The notes under the pieces: generated by a model
Told to the model about the DNA's origin: nothing
The model's input: only the letters and a program-made list of their open reading frames with translations
The model's database searches: none
Assembly: GCA_024654565.1 (NCBI GenBank)
Contig: JANLHM010000010.1
Location: forward strand, 1,461 to 65,460
Origin: Nanobdellota archaeon
GTDB lineage: Archaea; Nanobdellota; Nanobdellia; Pacearchaeales; GW2011-AR1
Direction of reading: 5' to 3'
DNA length: 64,000 bases
In this document: one piece after another, positions 53,641 through 63,577 of the stretch
Layout of the letters: every line of letters starts with the position of its first letter
Numbering within the stretch: the stretch's first letter is position 1
Made by a program: the position numbers and the translations under genes

Positions 53641-54525
53641 ATGCAAAAGAAGCATAAAATAATTTTGGGAAGCTTTTCGACAATTGTTCTCATTTCAATA
53701 ATTGTACTTGCCGTCCTGTTAAATGGGATTATTGTAAAACAAAATATTGAAAATACCGCACTAAAAGGAGAGATTTCAAAACTACAGTCTTCAACAAACA
53801 ATAAAATAAATGAGGTTGCAGTAGAATTAATAAATACAAAAAGCTCCCTGAAAGATGAATTGACTTCAATTAATGAAAATATACTCTCGACAAACCAGCA
53901 AATAACCCAATTGAAGTCAGAAGCAGGTTCAGATTTCTCCCAAATAATAAGCGAGGTTATTGATTCCATAGTTATTGTAAGAACTTTTTCTTCACAAGGA
54001 TCCGGATTTTTTGTCAGCGAGGGGGGATATTTAGTTACAAATGAACATGTGCTAAGGGGAGAAGATGGAGAAATTTCAGAGGTGATACAGATAATCACAA
54101 CGGACAATAAAATTCATCCTGGAGTTTTGATAGGTTACATAAACGAGATAGATCTAGCTTTAATAAAAATTGAAGAAGAATATAAACCTCTTTCTTTAGA
54201 AGAATCAAAAAATGTAAGAATAGGAGAAAAAGTCATTGCAATTGGGACTCCTGAAGGTTTAAGTTTCTCAGCAACAGACGGAATAATTTCCGCAACAGGA
54301 AGAACTGGATTTGGACAAGAGGGTTCATACGTTCAAACAAATGCACAATTGAACCCTGGAAACTCAGGGGGACCCCTATTAAATCAGTTAGGGAAGGTAG
54401 TTGGAATGAACAATTTCAAACTTGCAAATACTGAAGGACTAGGGTTTGCACTTGAATCGGACATCATAAAAACTGGAACAAACACCATTGGGAACCAAAT
54501 TCTAAATAAGGCGATTATTTCCTAA
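53641..54525 (+). CDS. Membrane-anchored trypsin-like serine protease (HtrA/S1C-like, no PDZ)
   Basis: N-terminal TM helix and a coiled segment. Catalytic motifs VTNEHV, DLALIKI and GNSGGPLLN. Confidence 0.85.
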   Translation: MQKKHKIILGSFSTIVLISIIVLAVLLNGIIVKQNIENTALKGEISKLQSSTNNKINEVAVELINTKSSLKDELTSINENILSTNQQITQLKSEAGSDFSQIISEVIDSIVIVRTFSSQGSGFFVSEGGYLVTNEHVLRGEDGEISEVIQIITTDNKIHPGVLIGYINEIDLALIKIEEEYKPLSLEESKNVRIGEKVIAIGTPEGLSFSATDGIISATGRTGFGQEGSYVQTNAQLNPGNSGGPLLNQLGKVVGMNNFKLANTEGLGFALESDIIKTGTNTIGNQILNKAIIS

Positions 54526-54565
54526 TTCCAAAATAATTTAAACCTTATAAAACTTCTAAACGAAC

Positions 54566-56023
54566 ATGGAACAAAAAAAATCACAAGAAGGCCTGAATGT
54601 AAAAAAGAATGAAAACTTTTCAGAATGGTACACACAGGTAACTGAGAAAGCTGAGATTCTCGACATAAGACTTGGAATAAAAGGGTTCACGATAATAAGG
54701 CCATGGGGAGCAGGAATAATTGAAAATATGTTTAAATTCTTCGAAAATGAACTTCAAAAAAACGGACATAAACCAACATTCATGCCCAGTGTAATTTCAA
54801 AGGAAAATCTAACAAAAGAAAGTGAACATGTCAAGGGTTTTACTCCGCAGGTTTTTTGGTTAAAAGATATTAATGAGGGCCAGGAACTTGCTCTAAGACC
54901 AACTTCTGAAACGGTATATACTCCGATGTTCAAACTTTGGATAAGAAGTTGGAGAGATCTACCAATGAAACTCTACCAGAGGGCACACGTATTCAGACTG
55001 GATACAAAAGCTACAAGGCCATTAATAAGGGGCAGAGAATTCATATGGATAGAGTGCCACGACGCATTTAAATCAAAAGAAGATGCAGAAAAACAAGTCC
55101 AGGAAGACATAAATGTAACAGAGAAAGTAATGCACCAAATCTTTGGAGTGCCTTTTCTTCCAATGAAAAGACCTGAATGGGATAAATTTGCAGGAGCAGA
55201 ATACACTGTGGGTTCAGATTGTTTTATGCCAGATGGAAAATTAATTCAGCAACCTTCAACCCACCTTATGGGTCAAAAGTTTTCAAAGGCTTTTGGAGCA
55301 GAATTTGAAAATGAAAACGGAAAAAAAGAGTTCTTATGGACAACTGCATATGGCCCTGCAATATCAAGGATACTTGTTTCAGTAATAACGACTCATGGAG
55401 ATGATTCGGGACTAATTCTTCCATATTCCCTTTCCCCAGTTCAGACAGTAATAGTTCCAATATTTACAACAAAAAATAAAGAGAAAGTAATAAAAAAATC
55501 AGAAGAAATTTCTTCAAAGTTAAAAAAATTGGGAATAAGAACTGAACTTGACAGCGATTCGGAAAAAAGACCTGGAGAAAAGTACCACTTATGGGAATTA
55601 AAAGGAGTTCCATTCAGAATCGAAATAGGTGAAAAAGAAATCGAAAAAAAAGAAGTGACTTTTTTTACAAGAGACACAAAAGAAAAAACAAATATGAAAA
55701 TTACAGATTTAAAAAAAATTCCTTCATTAGGAAAAGAATTTGATAAACGACTTCTTGAAAAAGCAGACAATTCATTTAAAAATAGAATTGAAGAAGGAAA
55801 TTCCGAAAAGGAAATAAAAAAAATTCTCGACACGGGAAAAGTTGCAAAGGTTAATTTTTGTTCAACAGATAAAGAGGGTGTAGAATGTGCACAAATTGTT
55901 GAAAAAAGACTTGGAGGAGAAGTTAGAGGAACTCTTGCAAATTCTAATGAAAAATCAAATGGGAAATGCCCATTTTGTGGTAAACCCGCTAAAAAAGTTG
56001 TTTATATTGGAAGAAGCTATTGA
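54566..56023 (+). CDS. proS: Prolyl-tRNA synthetase (archaeal/eukaryotic type)
   Basis: Class IIa motifs (LRPTSET, FRLDTKATRPLIRGREF) and a C-terminal zinc-binding CPFCG...YIGRSY ending in Tyr. Confidence 0.92.
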   Translation: MEQKKSQEGLNVKKNENFSEWYTQVTEKAEILDIRLGIKGFTIIRPWGAGIIENMFKFFENELQKNGHKPTFMPSVISKENLTKESEHVKGFTPQVFWLKDINEGQELALRPTSETVYTPMFKLWIRSWRDLPMKLYQRAHVFRLDTKATRPLIRGREFIWIECHDAFKSKEDAEKQVQEDINVTEKVMHQIFGVPFLPMKRPEWDKFAGAEYTVGSDCFMPDGKLIQQPSTHLMGQKFSKAFGAEFENENGKKEFLWTTAYGPAISRILVSVITTHGDDSGLILPYSLSPVQTVIVPIFTTKNKEKVIKKSEEISSKLKKLGIRTELDSDSEKRPGEKYHLWELKGVPFRIEIGEKEIEKKEVTFFTRDTKEKTNMKITDLKKIPSLGKEFDKRLLEKADNSFKNRIEEGNSEKEIKKILDTGKVAKVNFCSTDKEGVECAQIVEKRLGGEVRGTLANSNEKSNGKCPFCGKPAKKVVYIGRSY

Positions 56024-56339
56024 AGAGATGAAATTATCAAAAAGTTATTAATCAATCATCCTATCAAATAAATAAACTTCATTTTCAAGACTAAGAGTTT
56101 TTTCAAATAGATCACTCAATTCTTCCTCTACTTCTTTTTTTTCGTCATGAAATTTCATTTTTTCCTTTTTCAAAACTCTTTCCGAATTATTTCTGAAGAA
56201 ATCTCTCTTGATTTAATTCGAGGTTCCAGGAGTTTTGAATTAAACCAAGTTAATTTTTGAGAGTAATCACTGGCTTAAAATTCCAAAAATAACAAATTCT
56301 AAGGGTGTTACTCATGCAAAATAAAAGAGCCCGACCTTT

Positions 56340-57398
56340 TTAACCTTTTTTATTCAAAACAGAATTTAAGTTTTTTTCAAAAGTATTAAGCTGACCTTCA
56401 TCCATTTGGGCACCAACCGCTCCCTGATGTCCACCAAAAGTTGCAAAGTCTATTCCCTTTATTGCCTTCTCAACAATATTTTTGGCATCTTTTCCCCTTA
56501 TAGAAAGGTTTACTCTTGAACCTCTTAAAAAAACAACGACAACAAACTTATCAGGAAGTTCATAACTGATTTTGTTTGATAAGTCTGCACTCATACTTAT
56601 CTCTCCTGAATACCTGAAAAACACAAGAGTAGATGATTTGGACTCTTCTTTTGCTTTATTTACAAGGTTTACCAATTTTGATTCAACAAGGTTAAACCTT
56701 TTATGCAAAACCAAGTTTTCAGAATTTTCTTCCAAAACTTCATAGGGAGACTTAACATTTATCAGAAATTTGAGAAGGCGGTTTACCACACTTGTTCTGT
56801 CTTTTAATCCAACTCCAACCATTCTTGAAAGTTTTCCGATTAAAGAACCATAAAAAATTTTAAAGGGGTCATTTGAGTCAATTGACAAATCTGGGTATAA
56901 TTTAGAAAACTCTTCATATTCTTCTGGAAAAAATTTGTCAGAAATGCAACCGATTATTAAAACCCAAAGGTCCTCTTTCTTTTTTGCAATTTCATAACAC
57001 AATTTTGTAACTGGCTCACTTTTCCCTGAACTAATGAAAGTATTGTAATAATTTACTTCCGTTGGGACACTTTTCTTGTCAATCTCATGGTGATCAATCC
57101 AAACAACAGGAAGATTCCTCTCCCTTAAAAGTGAAAGAAACTCATCTGAAACAGTTGGTTGATCCAAGATAAAAACATAATCTGGATTGAATTCTTCTAT
57201 TCTTCTAAAATATTCCTTCCCCAAGGGAGAATTTTTCACTGGAACTCCATTACCTTTGTTGTAAAACCTTCTCAATATAAGGAAACTTGAAAGTCCGTCT
57301 TGATCATTATCAAAATAAAAAAGGGGATTTTGTGCTTTTTCAAGATGTTCTCTTATTTCTATAATTTCTATTTCTTTAAGCATCAAAAATGGAGTCAA
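56340..57398 (-). CDS. Stand-alone DHH/DHHA1 phosphoesterase (second copy)
   Basis: FDNDQDGLSS, VVWIDHHE and GGHQGAVGA motifs. The start may be MLKEIEI (57383). Confidence 0.8.
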   Translation of the reverse strand: MTPFLMLKEIEIIEIREHLEKAQNPLFYFDNDQDGLSSFLILRRFYNKGNGVPVKNSPLGKEYFRRIEEFNPDYVFILDQPTVSDEFLSLLRERNLPVVWIDHHEIDKKSVPTEVNYYNTFISSGKSEPVTKLCYEIAKKKEDLWVLIIGCISDKFFPEEYEEFSKLYPDLSIDSNDPFKIFYGSLIGKLSRMVGVGLKDRTSVVNRLLKFLINVKSPYEVLEENSENLVLHKRFNLVESKLVNLVNKAKEESKSSTLVFFRYSGEISMSADLSNKISYELPDKFVVVVFLRGSRVNLSIRGKDAKNIVEKAIKGIDFATFGGHQGAVGAQMDEGQLNTFEKNLNSVLNKKG

Positions 57399-57423
57399 AA
57401 GGGCTATAAAAAGGTTAAGAATG

Positions 57424-58233
57424 TTAATTAAGATTTTCTTCTGAAAGACGTGTGGGATCCATATTTGGGTTTATTCTAACCTTAAAATTTCTTTTTTTAA
57501 TGTAAGAAGTCAAAAAAAGTCTTGAGATGCAAGGTGGAAGGTTCACAATATTTCTTGAGCAACTTAAGAAGGGTTCTTTGATAATTAAAGCATTTGGATC
57601 ACTCGAAAGAATCATCTCTTCAACTGCACCAACAGACATAGGGTAAACTTTTTTATCAGTAGAACATTTGATATCAATTTCTCCGTTCAAATCTTTTTTT
57701 GATTCTTCAATCCAAAAGCGATTTGCGATTGCGACATTTCCCTCTTCGTACAATGAATAAATCTCTTTTCTTATAAAGTCCTCATCATCAAGAGTTTTTT
57801 TAAAAACACACCCCCCCACAAGGTCCTCTTTCATAACCCCCGTTTTAAAATCATATTTTACCCAATCAAATTTTGTTCTCAGTTCAAGTCTCCTTGAAAA
57901 TTCTATTAAATCCCCCATTTTTTTCACAACCCTTAATGGACTGTTTTTGAAAGAAAAAGAGCAATCAACCCAGTCCATAAACATTGGATCTGAATAGTCT
58001 GTAAAAGTTAAATTAATCCCCTTGTCTTTAATGTGATAATTCCCCCATCCAAGAAAATCTTTGTAAACAAATAAAGAAAATGGAGGAAAATCCCCTATTT
58101 TTTTCATAATGTCAATTTCATTCAAAGTATCGTTGGATTCTACAAGCTTTAAAATTTTCTCCAAATTGCCTTTTTCGGATTTCAGAAATACATCTACAAA
58201 ACCAGGTAGTTTAAAACTTGCCTCCCCATCCAT
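57424..58233 (-). CDS. Hypothetical 269-aa protein between disA and the DHH gene
   Basis: Clean ORF with no motif I recognise and no TM segment. Confidence 0.5.
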   Translation of the reverse strand: MDGEASFKLPGFVDVFLKSEKGNLEKILKLVESNDTLNEIDIMKKIGDFPPFSLFVYKDFLGWGNYHIKDKGINLTFTDYSDPMFMDWVDCSFSFKNSPLRVVKKMGDLIEFSRRLELRTKFDWVKYDFKTGVMKEDLVGGCVFKKTLDDEDFIRKEIYSLYEEGNVAIANRFWIEESKKDLNGEIDIKCSTDKKVYPMSVGAVEEMILSSDPNALIIKEPFLSCSRNIVNLPPCISRLFLTSYIKKRNFKVRINPNMDPTRLSEENLN

Positions 58234-58303
58234 TAAAAAGATTAGAAAATCGGATTTATAAAAATTTAGATAGAAAATCTCAATAAAAAATTTTATAACT
58301 AGA

Positions 58304-59419
58304 TTACAACCCTTTACCCAAATTTACCTTTTCTTTAAGATTGTAAATTTCTTCCTTAAAAAAAGCAAGCATAGATTCACTTCCAAGAACCCTTAAGATG
58401 TCTTCATTTGTTGCACTCAATATATCAGAAAAGTTTTCAAAGTTTCCAATGAGTAAGTCAATATACCTTTCAAGAAGATTTGTCTTTCCAAGTAGCCTAA
58501 TTCCCTTTGGAGAAACATTTTTATCATGAAGTTCCTCAAAAAGAAGTCTTGAGATGTTCAGAGGTTCAAGCAAAAAATCAAAATCCATTTTTTCAAGGAG
58601 GTCAAGGGAAGAAGAGTGGTTTGATCCAAAATAATCTTTCAAAATTAATTCTTCTTCCTTCTGAAGTCCACCTGTAAGTTCTTTAAGCCTCATTTTTACA
58701 ACCATCCCTTCTTTACCCAACTCAATCAAAAGTCTCTGAACCATATCTGAAATTCTTTTCATTATTTCAACTCTTTGTAACACTAAACAAACATCATTTA
58801 TTGTTGAATGTTTTCTTAACTCAAGAGAATTTAAATCCATTAAATACTCATCAAAGATATCCCTTTGTTTTTCTAAAATTTGAAGAGTTTCAGAAGCTCT
58901 TCTTAAAACTTCAGAACTTCTTTGGAGCTGATAAGAGGAGTCACCATAATATATGGAAATTTTGTTTTTCCTTTCAGAAACAGCAAGCACGATTGTCTTT
59001 GCCTGTTTTGCAGTCCTTTCGGCAGCCTTGTGACGTGTCCCGGTTTCTTTTGTATTGATTGAAATATCCGTAAATAAAAGAGCATTCACTCTCAAAATAT
59101 CTTTTGCATCTTTAGAAAGGATAATTGCTCCGTCCATCTTTGCAAGTTCAACAAGCTTCTGTGCACTAAATTTGGTGTTAACCGTGAAACCCCCTTCGAC
59201 AATTTCTCCAAGATTCCCATTATCAAGGACTATTAACGCCCCCATCTTGGCATTTAAAAAATCATCTAAAGCCACCCTAAGGCTTGTTCCTGGTGCAACC
59301 ATTCTTAAGACATTCATAAAATCTTTTTCTGCTTCACCCTCGGGAATTTCTTTTGAAAAAGGTAAAAAAATTTCCTCTGTTGTTTCTTTTTCGTCAACCA
59401 TCACAGGAAAAATCTCCAC
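58304..59419 (-). CDS. disA: DisA-type diadenylate cyclase (DAC domain, helical linker, HhH-like C-terminus)
   Basis: DAC motifs MDGAIILS and GTRHKAAERTAKQ. The N-terminal part reads LRMVAPGTSLRVALDDFLNAKMGALIV. At 371 aa it has the three-part DisA layout. Confidence 0.8.
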   Translation of the reverse strand: MEIFPVMVDEKETTEEIFLPFSKEIPEGEAEKDFMNVLRMVAPGTSLRVALDDFLNAKMGALIVLDNGNLGEIVEGGFTVNTKFSAQKLVELAKMDGAIILSKDAKDILRVNALLFTDISINTKETGTRHKAAERTAKQAKTIVLAVSERKNKISIYYGDSSYQLQRSSEVLRRASETLQILEKQRDIFDEYLMDLNSLELRKHSTINDVCLVLQRVEIMKRISDMVQRLLIELGKEGMVVKMRLKELTGGLQKEEELILKDYFGSNHSSSLDLLEKMDFDFLLEPLNISRLLFEELHDKNVSPKGIRLLGKTNLLERYIDLLIGNFENFSDILSATNEDILRVLGSESMLAFFKEEIYNLKEKVNLGKGL

Positions 59420-59464
59420 TTCTATTTAAATATTTATCTTAACAATTGAAAAGGAGTAAACTTT

Positions 59465-60457
59465 TTATTGAATTGCAAAAGTTTCAGCAACAATAAGCGG
59501 AAAAACGATTGTTGCATCTGCATAAACTTTCACACTCTTTGCATTTACAGAAATTTTCCCCCAACTGACTGCCTCGTCTGGAAGTGCCCCTGCATCAGAA
59601 CCATCAAATTCTTCAAAAGTGTTTATGTAAACTGCATAGTCTGTTCCATTCCTAAACATATTTGCATTGCAAATGGAATGTTTAACAACTCCTCCTCCTA
59701 GTATCACAATCCCGGTTTTTTCAGGACCAAGAGTGGTGTTGTTAAGTCCCCAAATGTCCTCTGCAACATCAACTAAAAAATCAGGGTGACCCGATTTAAA
59801 AAAATAAATCATGTCACCAAGGCTCCCGTCGGTAATTGCAGGACAAAAAACAGGAATTTTGTTTTTATTTGCCCAGTAATAAATTGAGTTTTTATTGTCT
59901 ATTTTTTCCCCCATTTTCCATATAAGTTCACTTGGGGTAACAACTTTTCCTGTTTCCTTTTGTCTTGAGTAAAATTCCTTAAAAATAGGGGTTATAAAAT
60001 CTTCAAAATCGCAATACCTTGAATTTGGGATCAAAATGTTTCCTGCCCGATTAATCCCCCTCTCACGCAAGTTTTTTCCACTCATCCTAAAATCTCCTAA
60101 TTTAAAGTCCCCCAGGCATTTTATTATGTCTTCTTCAATTCCCCCTGCGGTTGTAACAAGAACATTCACTTTTTTGTGTTCGGCAAGATACCTTATAACT
60201 TCACGAACCCCAGAAGTCACCATATTTGAAGTATATCCTAAATAAACAAAAGCTTTTTGGGAGATCATCTCATTAATGATGTCAACAGCAATTGCAAAAT
60301 TACTTGCCTGAATCCCAGTTGTTGAAAAACTTTTCAAAATCTCCTGATAATTAACACCTTTATTGAAGTTATATCCTGAAATTACTTTGCCCTCTACTTC
60401 TTTTGACTTGCGGAGTATATTCTTCCTTGCAAATTTTTCTTTGTCTGGACTAACCAT
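59465..60457 (-). CDS. dys: Deoxyhypusine synthase
   Basis: TTAGGIEEDIIKC, ILGGGVVKH and EAVSWGKI (the catalytic Lys region). Confidence 0.92.
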   Translation of the reverse strand: MVSPDKEKFARKNILRKSKEVEGKVISGYNFNKGVNYQEILKSFSTTGIQASNFAIAVDIINEMISQKAFVYLGYTSNMVTSGVREVIRYLAEHKKVNVLVTTAGGIEEDIIKCLGDFKLGDFRMSGKNLRERGINRAGNILIPNSRYCDFEDFITPIFKEFYSRQKETGKVVTPSELIWKMGEKIDNKNSIYYWANKNKIPVFCPAITDGSLGDMIYFFKSGHPDFLVDVAEDIWGLNNTTLGPEKTGIVILGGGVVKHSICNANMFRNGTDYAVYINTFEEFDGSDAGALPDEAVSWGKISVNAKSVKVYADATIVFPLIVAETFAIQ

Positions 60458-60553
60458 ATGAAATGTAAAAAGAGGCAGTTTTTAAAATTATTCTTTGGAT
60501 TGAAGATTTCAAAAAAACCAAACTTTTTTAAAATCTCTTTCATTAATCAAATA

Positions 60554-60745
60554 ATGAATAAAGGACTAAAAATAGTTCTGGGCCTTATACTTTTAGTTAT
60601 CCCCATTTACTTTATTGTTCCAGGTATGCCTCTTTCGGATTGGGGAGACGCCGCATGGAAGCTTATACAGGGAGGAATAACTATAACTGTAATCGTTTTA
60701 GGAATTGTTCTTATCACCCTTGGAATAAACGACCTCAGAAATTAA
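60554..60745 (+). CDS. Small two-TM membrane protein
   Basis: MNKGLKIVLGLILLVIPIYF...ITITVIVLGIVLITLGI. I chose the ATG at 60554 rather than the track's 60458. Confidence 0.45.
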   Translation: MNKGLKIVLGLILLVIPIYFIVPGMPLSDWGDAAWKLIQGGITITVIVLGIVLITLGINDLRN

Positions 60746-60759
60746 TTTTTAAATACAGT

Positions 60760-61371
60760 TTAAAGATAAATTATAAGAATTCCTTCTATAATTGCCGCAA
60801 TTACAAGAAGAGGCAAAACTACAAAGAAATAGACATATAACGATTTTTCAAGAAACTCTTTCAAAGCTTCTCCCTTTTTCTCTTTTAGTATAAAGGTCGA
60901 CAATTTTAAACCAAGACCAAGTGAAAGAAAAATTGCCGGAAGTTCAAAAATTCCATGAGGGAAAAGCCTCCAAAGTGAAAAGACCCCTACTTCTGAAACG
61001 CTAAAATTTGCAACAATTCCCAATAAAAGTCCATTAATCAAGGCATTAAAAAAGGGAAAAATTCCAAAGAAAAATCCCAAAAAAAGACCAAAAAAACTTG
61101 AAATAGAGTTATTATTAAATAAGAATAAAATCATTTCCATAAGACTATACCCTTCAGTTTCATTAACAAGTTTGATAAGGTAATTCAAAATTTCCATCTT
61201 AAAACTTTCAGGGAATGGAACAAAAAACCCAACAAGAGAAAAAAACAAAAATATTCCAGTTGCAAAGTAAATAAATTTTCTTGATTCTTTTATGTACTGA
61301 AAAGAAATTCTATAACTTTTAACTATAAAATTTCCAATAAAATCCGGTAAATACTCTTTTTTTGTTTTCAT
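60760..61371 (-). CDS. SpoIIM-like (DUF95) membrane protein
   Basis: LFPHGIFELPAIFLSLGLGL is the family hallmark. About 5 TM helices. Confidence 0.7.
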   Translation of the reverse strand: MKTKKEYLPDFIGNFIVKSYRISFQYIKESRKFIYFATGIFLFFSLVGFFVPFPESFKMEILNYLIKLVNETEGYSLMEMILFLFNNNSISSFFGLFLGFFFGIFPFFNALINGLLLGIVANFSVSEVGVFSLWRLFPHGIFELPAIFLSLGLGLKLSTFILKEKKGEALKEFLEKSLYVYFFVVLPLLVIAAIIEGILIIYL

Positions 61372-61372
61372 T

Positions 61373-62032
61373 TTAACTAAAGTGTTTTGAAATCAATTTT
61401 ACTTTATTTGGATATCTTTTTCTTAAGTACATTCCATATATCAATCCTGATAAAAGTCCCCCCAAGTGAGCAATGTTTCCAATAGGAAGGTTTAACCCTA
61501 TAGAAACAACCCAAAGAAGAACCAACATTGCAGGGGCAGCATATTTCATTTTTATTGGGATTGGAATAAACATCATGTAAACTGGAAGGTTTGGAGTGAG
61601 AAGTATAAGAACTCCGATTAACCCGAAGAGTGCTCCTGATGCCCCTACTGCGGGAACCCCCTCAAAAAAGACGTGTAAAAGCCCGGCAAACAATCCTGAG
61701 AAGAGATAAAACAGAATATACCTTTTATTACCGATAATTTTCTCAAGAAGAGTTCCAACAAAAAAAAGTGAGAGCATATTTACAAAAAGATGAAAAATTC
61801 CCCCATGCATAAACATACTTGTAAAAAAAGTCCAAAAATAAAAATTTGAAAAAATATTCTCTTTACTGACTGCAATATAATTTTCAATAAACTGTCCCCC
61901 AATTAATGCATCTGCAACAAGAAAAGAAATAAAAAAGAAGACATTCAAAAGAATTATTTTTGTCGTAACACTAAGATTTCCAAAAAGACTTTTTTTTTCT
62001 TTTTTAGATAAATAAGTATAGTGAATAGTCAT
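61373..62032 (-). CDS. Rhomboid-family intramembrane serine protease
   Basis: HMLSLFFVG-type region, catalytic GASGALFGL, and HLGGLLSG. Confidence 0.85.
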   Translation of the reverse strand: MTIHYTYLSKKEKKSLFGNLSVTTKIILLNVFFFISFLVADALIGGQFIENYIAVSKENIFSNFYFWTFFTSMFMHGGIFHLFVNMLSLFFVGTLLEKIIGNKRYILFYLFSGLFAGLLHVFFEGVPAVGASGALFGLIGVLILLTPNLPVYMMFIPIPIKMKYAAPAMLVLLWVVSIGLNLPIGNIAHLGGLLSGLIYGMYLRKRYPNKVKLISKHFS

Positions 62033-62098
62033 ATTCGGAAAAAGAAAAGTGATTATTTAAATCTTGAGAAACAAAAAATTTTCTAAATCAAACAAACC

Positions 62099-62872
62099 CT
62101 ATTTCTTTTTTTTAGACTTTTTCTTTTTTTTACTAATAACCTTTTTGCCTAAAGATTTTTTCTTGACTGAAACTTTTTTAGATTTTGATTTTTTTCCTGA
62201 AACTTCTTTTTTTGGAGAAACTTTTTTAGTGAGATCCTTCTTTTTAAGAGCATTCTTTATCGCTCTTTGTTCTTTTTGAAGGGCTTTTTTCTTGTCTTTT
62301 TCTTTTTGCTCTTTTTTGAATTCTAAATCTTTCTTTTTACCAAGCTTTAAAAATTCTTTTTCAAGTTCCGCTTCTACAACTTTTGATTTTTCATCAATTT
62401 TGACTAAAGCCTTATCTAAATCTTTAATCAATTTGGAGTTATTCTTAACGGTAAAAACCTCTCCGCATTCATCACACGTAAAATCCATAAGAAGTGATTC
62501 ATCCTCGCTATATTCAAGGTTACAAGATTCGCAAACATAAAAAACCTTAGACTTCCTAAGAACAATTTCTTCAGTTATCTCTTTTTTATTTTTAGCAAGA
62601 TGCTCTTTTAAAAATTCAAGACATTTCAAAATCTCAAATCTCCAAAAGTAAGTATACCATCCTTTTTTCTTGTCTTTCTTCCTTACTGAAGAAACAAGAC
62701 CATAATCTGAAATTTTATAAAGAATATTTCTAGTCTGATTAATTGTGACACCAAGTTTTTTTGCAATAATAAACTCATTAACATATTTAGGAGTATTAAG
62801 AAGATCCACTATACCTGACGCAGGTTTTCCAACAATTGAGATCACAATTTCTTCAAGAAGATCGCTTAACAT
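62099..62872 (-). CDS. tfe: Transcription factor E (TFE-alpha/TFIIE-alpha homolog) with a lysine-rich C-terminal tail
   Basis: Winged helix (NEFIIAKKLGVTINQTRNILYKISDYGLVSS...GWYTYFWRF), zinc ribbon CESC...CDECG, then a tail of about 75 aa ending KKKKKSKKKK. Confidence 0.8.
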   Translation of the reverse strand: MLSDLLEEIVISIVGKPASGIVDLLNTPKYVNEFIIAKKLGVTINQTRNILYKISDYGLVSSVRKKDKKKGWYTYFWRFEILKCLEFLKEHLAKNKKEITEEIVLRKSKVFYVCESCNLEYSEDESLLMDFTCDECGEVFTVKNNSKLIKDLDKALVKIDEKSKVVEAELEKEFLKLGKKKDLEFKKEQKEKDKKKALQKEQRAIKNALKKKDLTKKVSPKKEVSGKKSKSKKVSVKKKSLGKKVISKKKKKSKKKK

Positions 62873-62992
62873 AGTTTAATTAAAAAATATTTGCTTAAAA
62901 TAGCTTTCGGTTTAAAACAAAATAATAGGGAACTCCTCCAAGAACAACATTTTTAAAGTATATTCTGTAATATATACTTAAAGGTGAAATGG

Positions 62993-63577
62993 ATGGGATT
63001 ATTTTCTAAAAAAGAACAAAAGCAGGAATTTAGTCTTCCTGAACTTCCTGAATTGCCCGATATGCCTCGGGGGGACTTTTCTGAAATTGATGATGAGATG
63101 GAAAATGAACTCCATGAACTTCCAAGTTTTCCCACAAGTAACATGGGGGATAAGTTTTCAAGAGAATCCATAAAAAATGCAATCTCAGGATATGATGAAG
63201 AAGAGCCTCAAATTACAAGGCAGGAGCTCATTCCAAGAGCACAATTTAATGCCCCTTCGAGATTTCTTAAAAATGATAAACTTCCCGAAATGCCAAAAAA
63301 AATACCTCTTTCAAATCAGAGGTCCTCTGAATTGATGAAACGAGAAGTTGAATTGAAAGAAGCGGGCCCAGTGTTTATAAGAATCGACAAGTTTGAAGAA
63401 GCACTTAAAATTTTTAAAGGGACAAAAGAAAAGATTAATGACATTGAAAAACTTCTTGAAGAAACTAAAGAATTAAAAGAAAAAGAAGAAGGAGAACTGT
63501 CAACCTGGGAGAGTGAAATTCAAGGAATGAAACAACAAATAGAAAAGGTTGATAGAGACATATTCTCTAAAATCTAG
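62993..63577 (+). CDS. Hypothetical acidic/coiled-coil protein
   Basis: Clean ORF with a C-terminal coiled coil and no motif. A TATATACT element lies about 20 nt upstream of ATG 62993. Confidence 0.45.
   Translation: MGLFSKKEQKQEFSLPELPELPDMPRGDFSEIDDEMENELHELPSFPTSNMGDKFSRESIKNAISGYDEEEPQITRQELIPRAQFNAPSRFLKNDKLPEMPKKIPLSNQRSSELMKREVELKEAGPVFIRIDKFEEALKIFKGTKEKINDIEKLLEETKELKEKEEGELSTWESEIQGMKQQIEKVDRDIFSKI

Noticed and set aside
56048-56158. A 36-codon minus-strand ORF (MKFHDEKKEVEEELSDLFEKTLSLENEVYLFDRMID) in the proS/DHH intergenic region
   Set aside because: It has no motif and I cannot assess conservation. It is too short to call from sequence alone.
56160-56340. The 300-nt gap after proS, scanned for C/D-box or other small RNA signatures
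   Set aside because: I found no convincing RUGAUGA...CUGA box pairs or GC-rich stems by eye, so I cannot support an ncRNA call.
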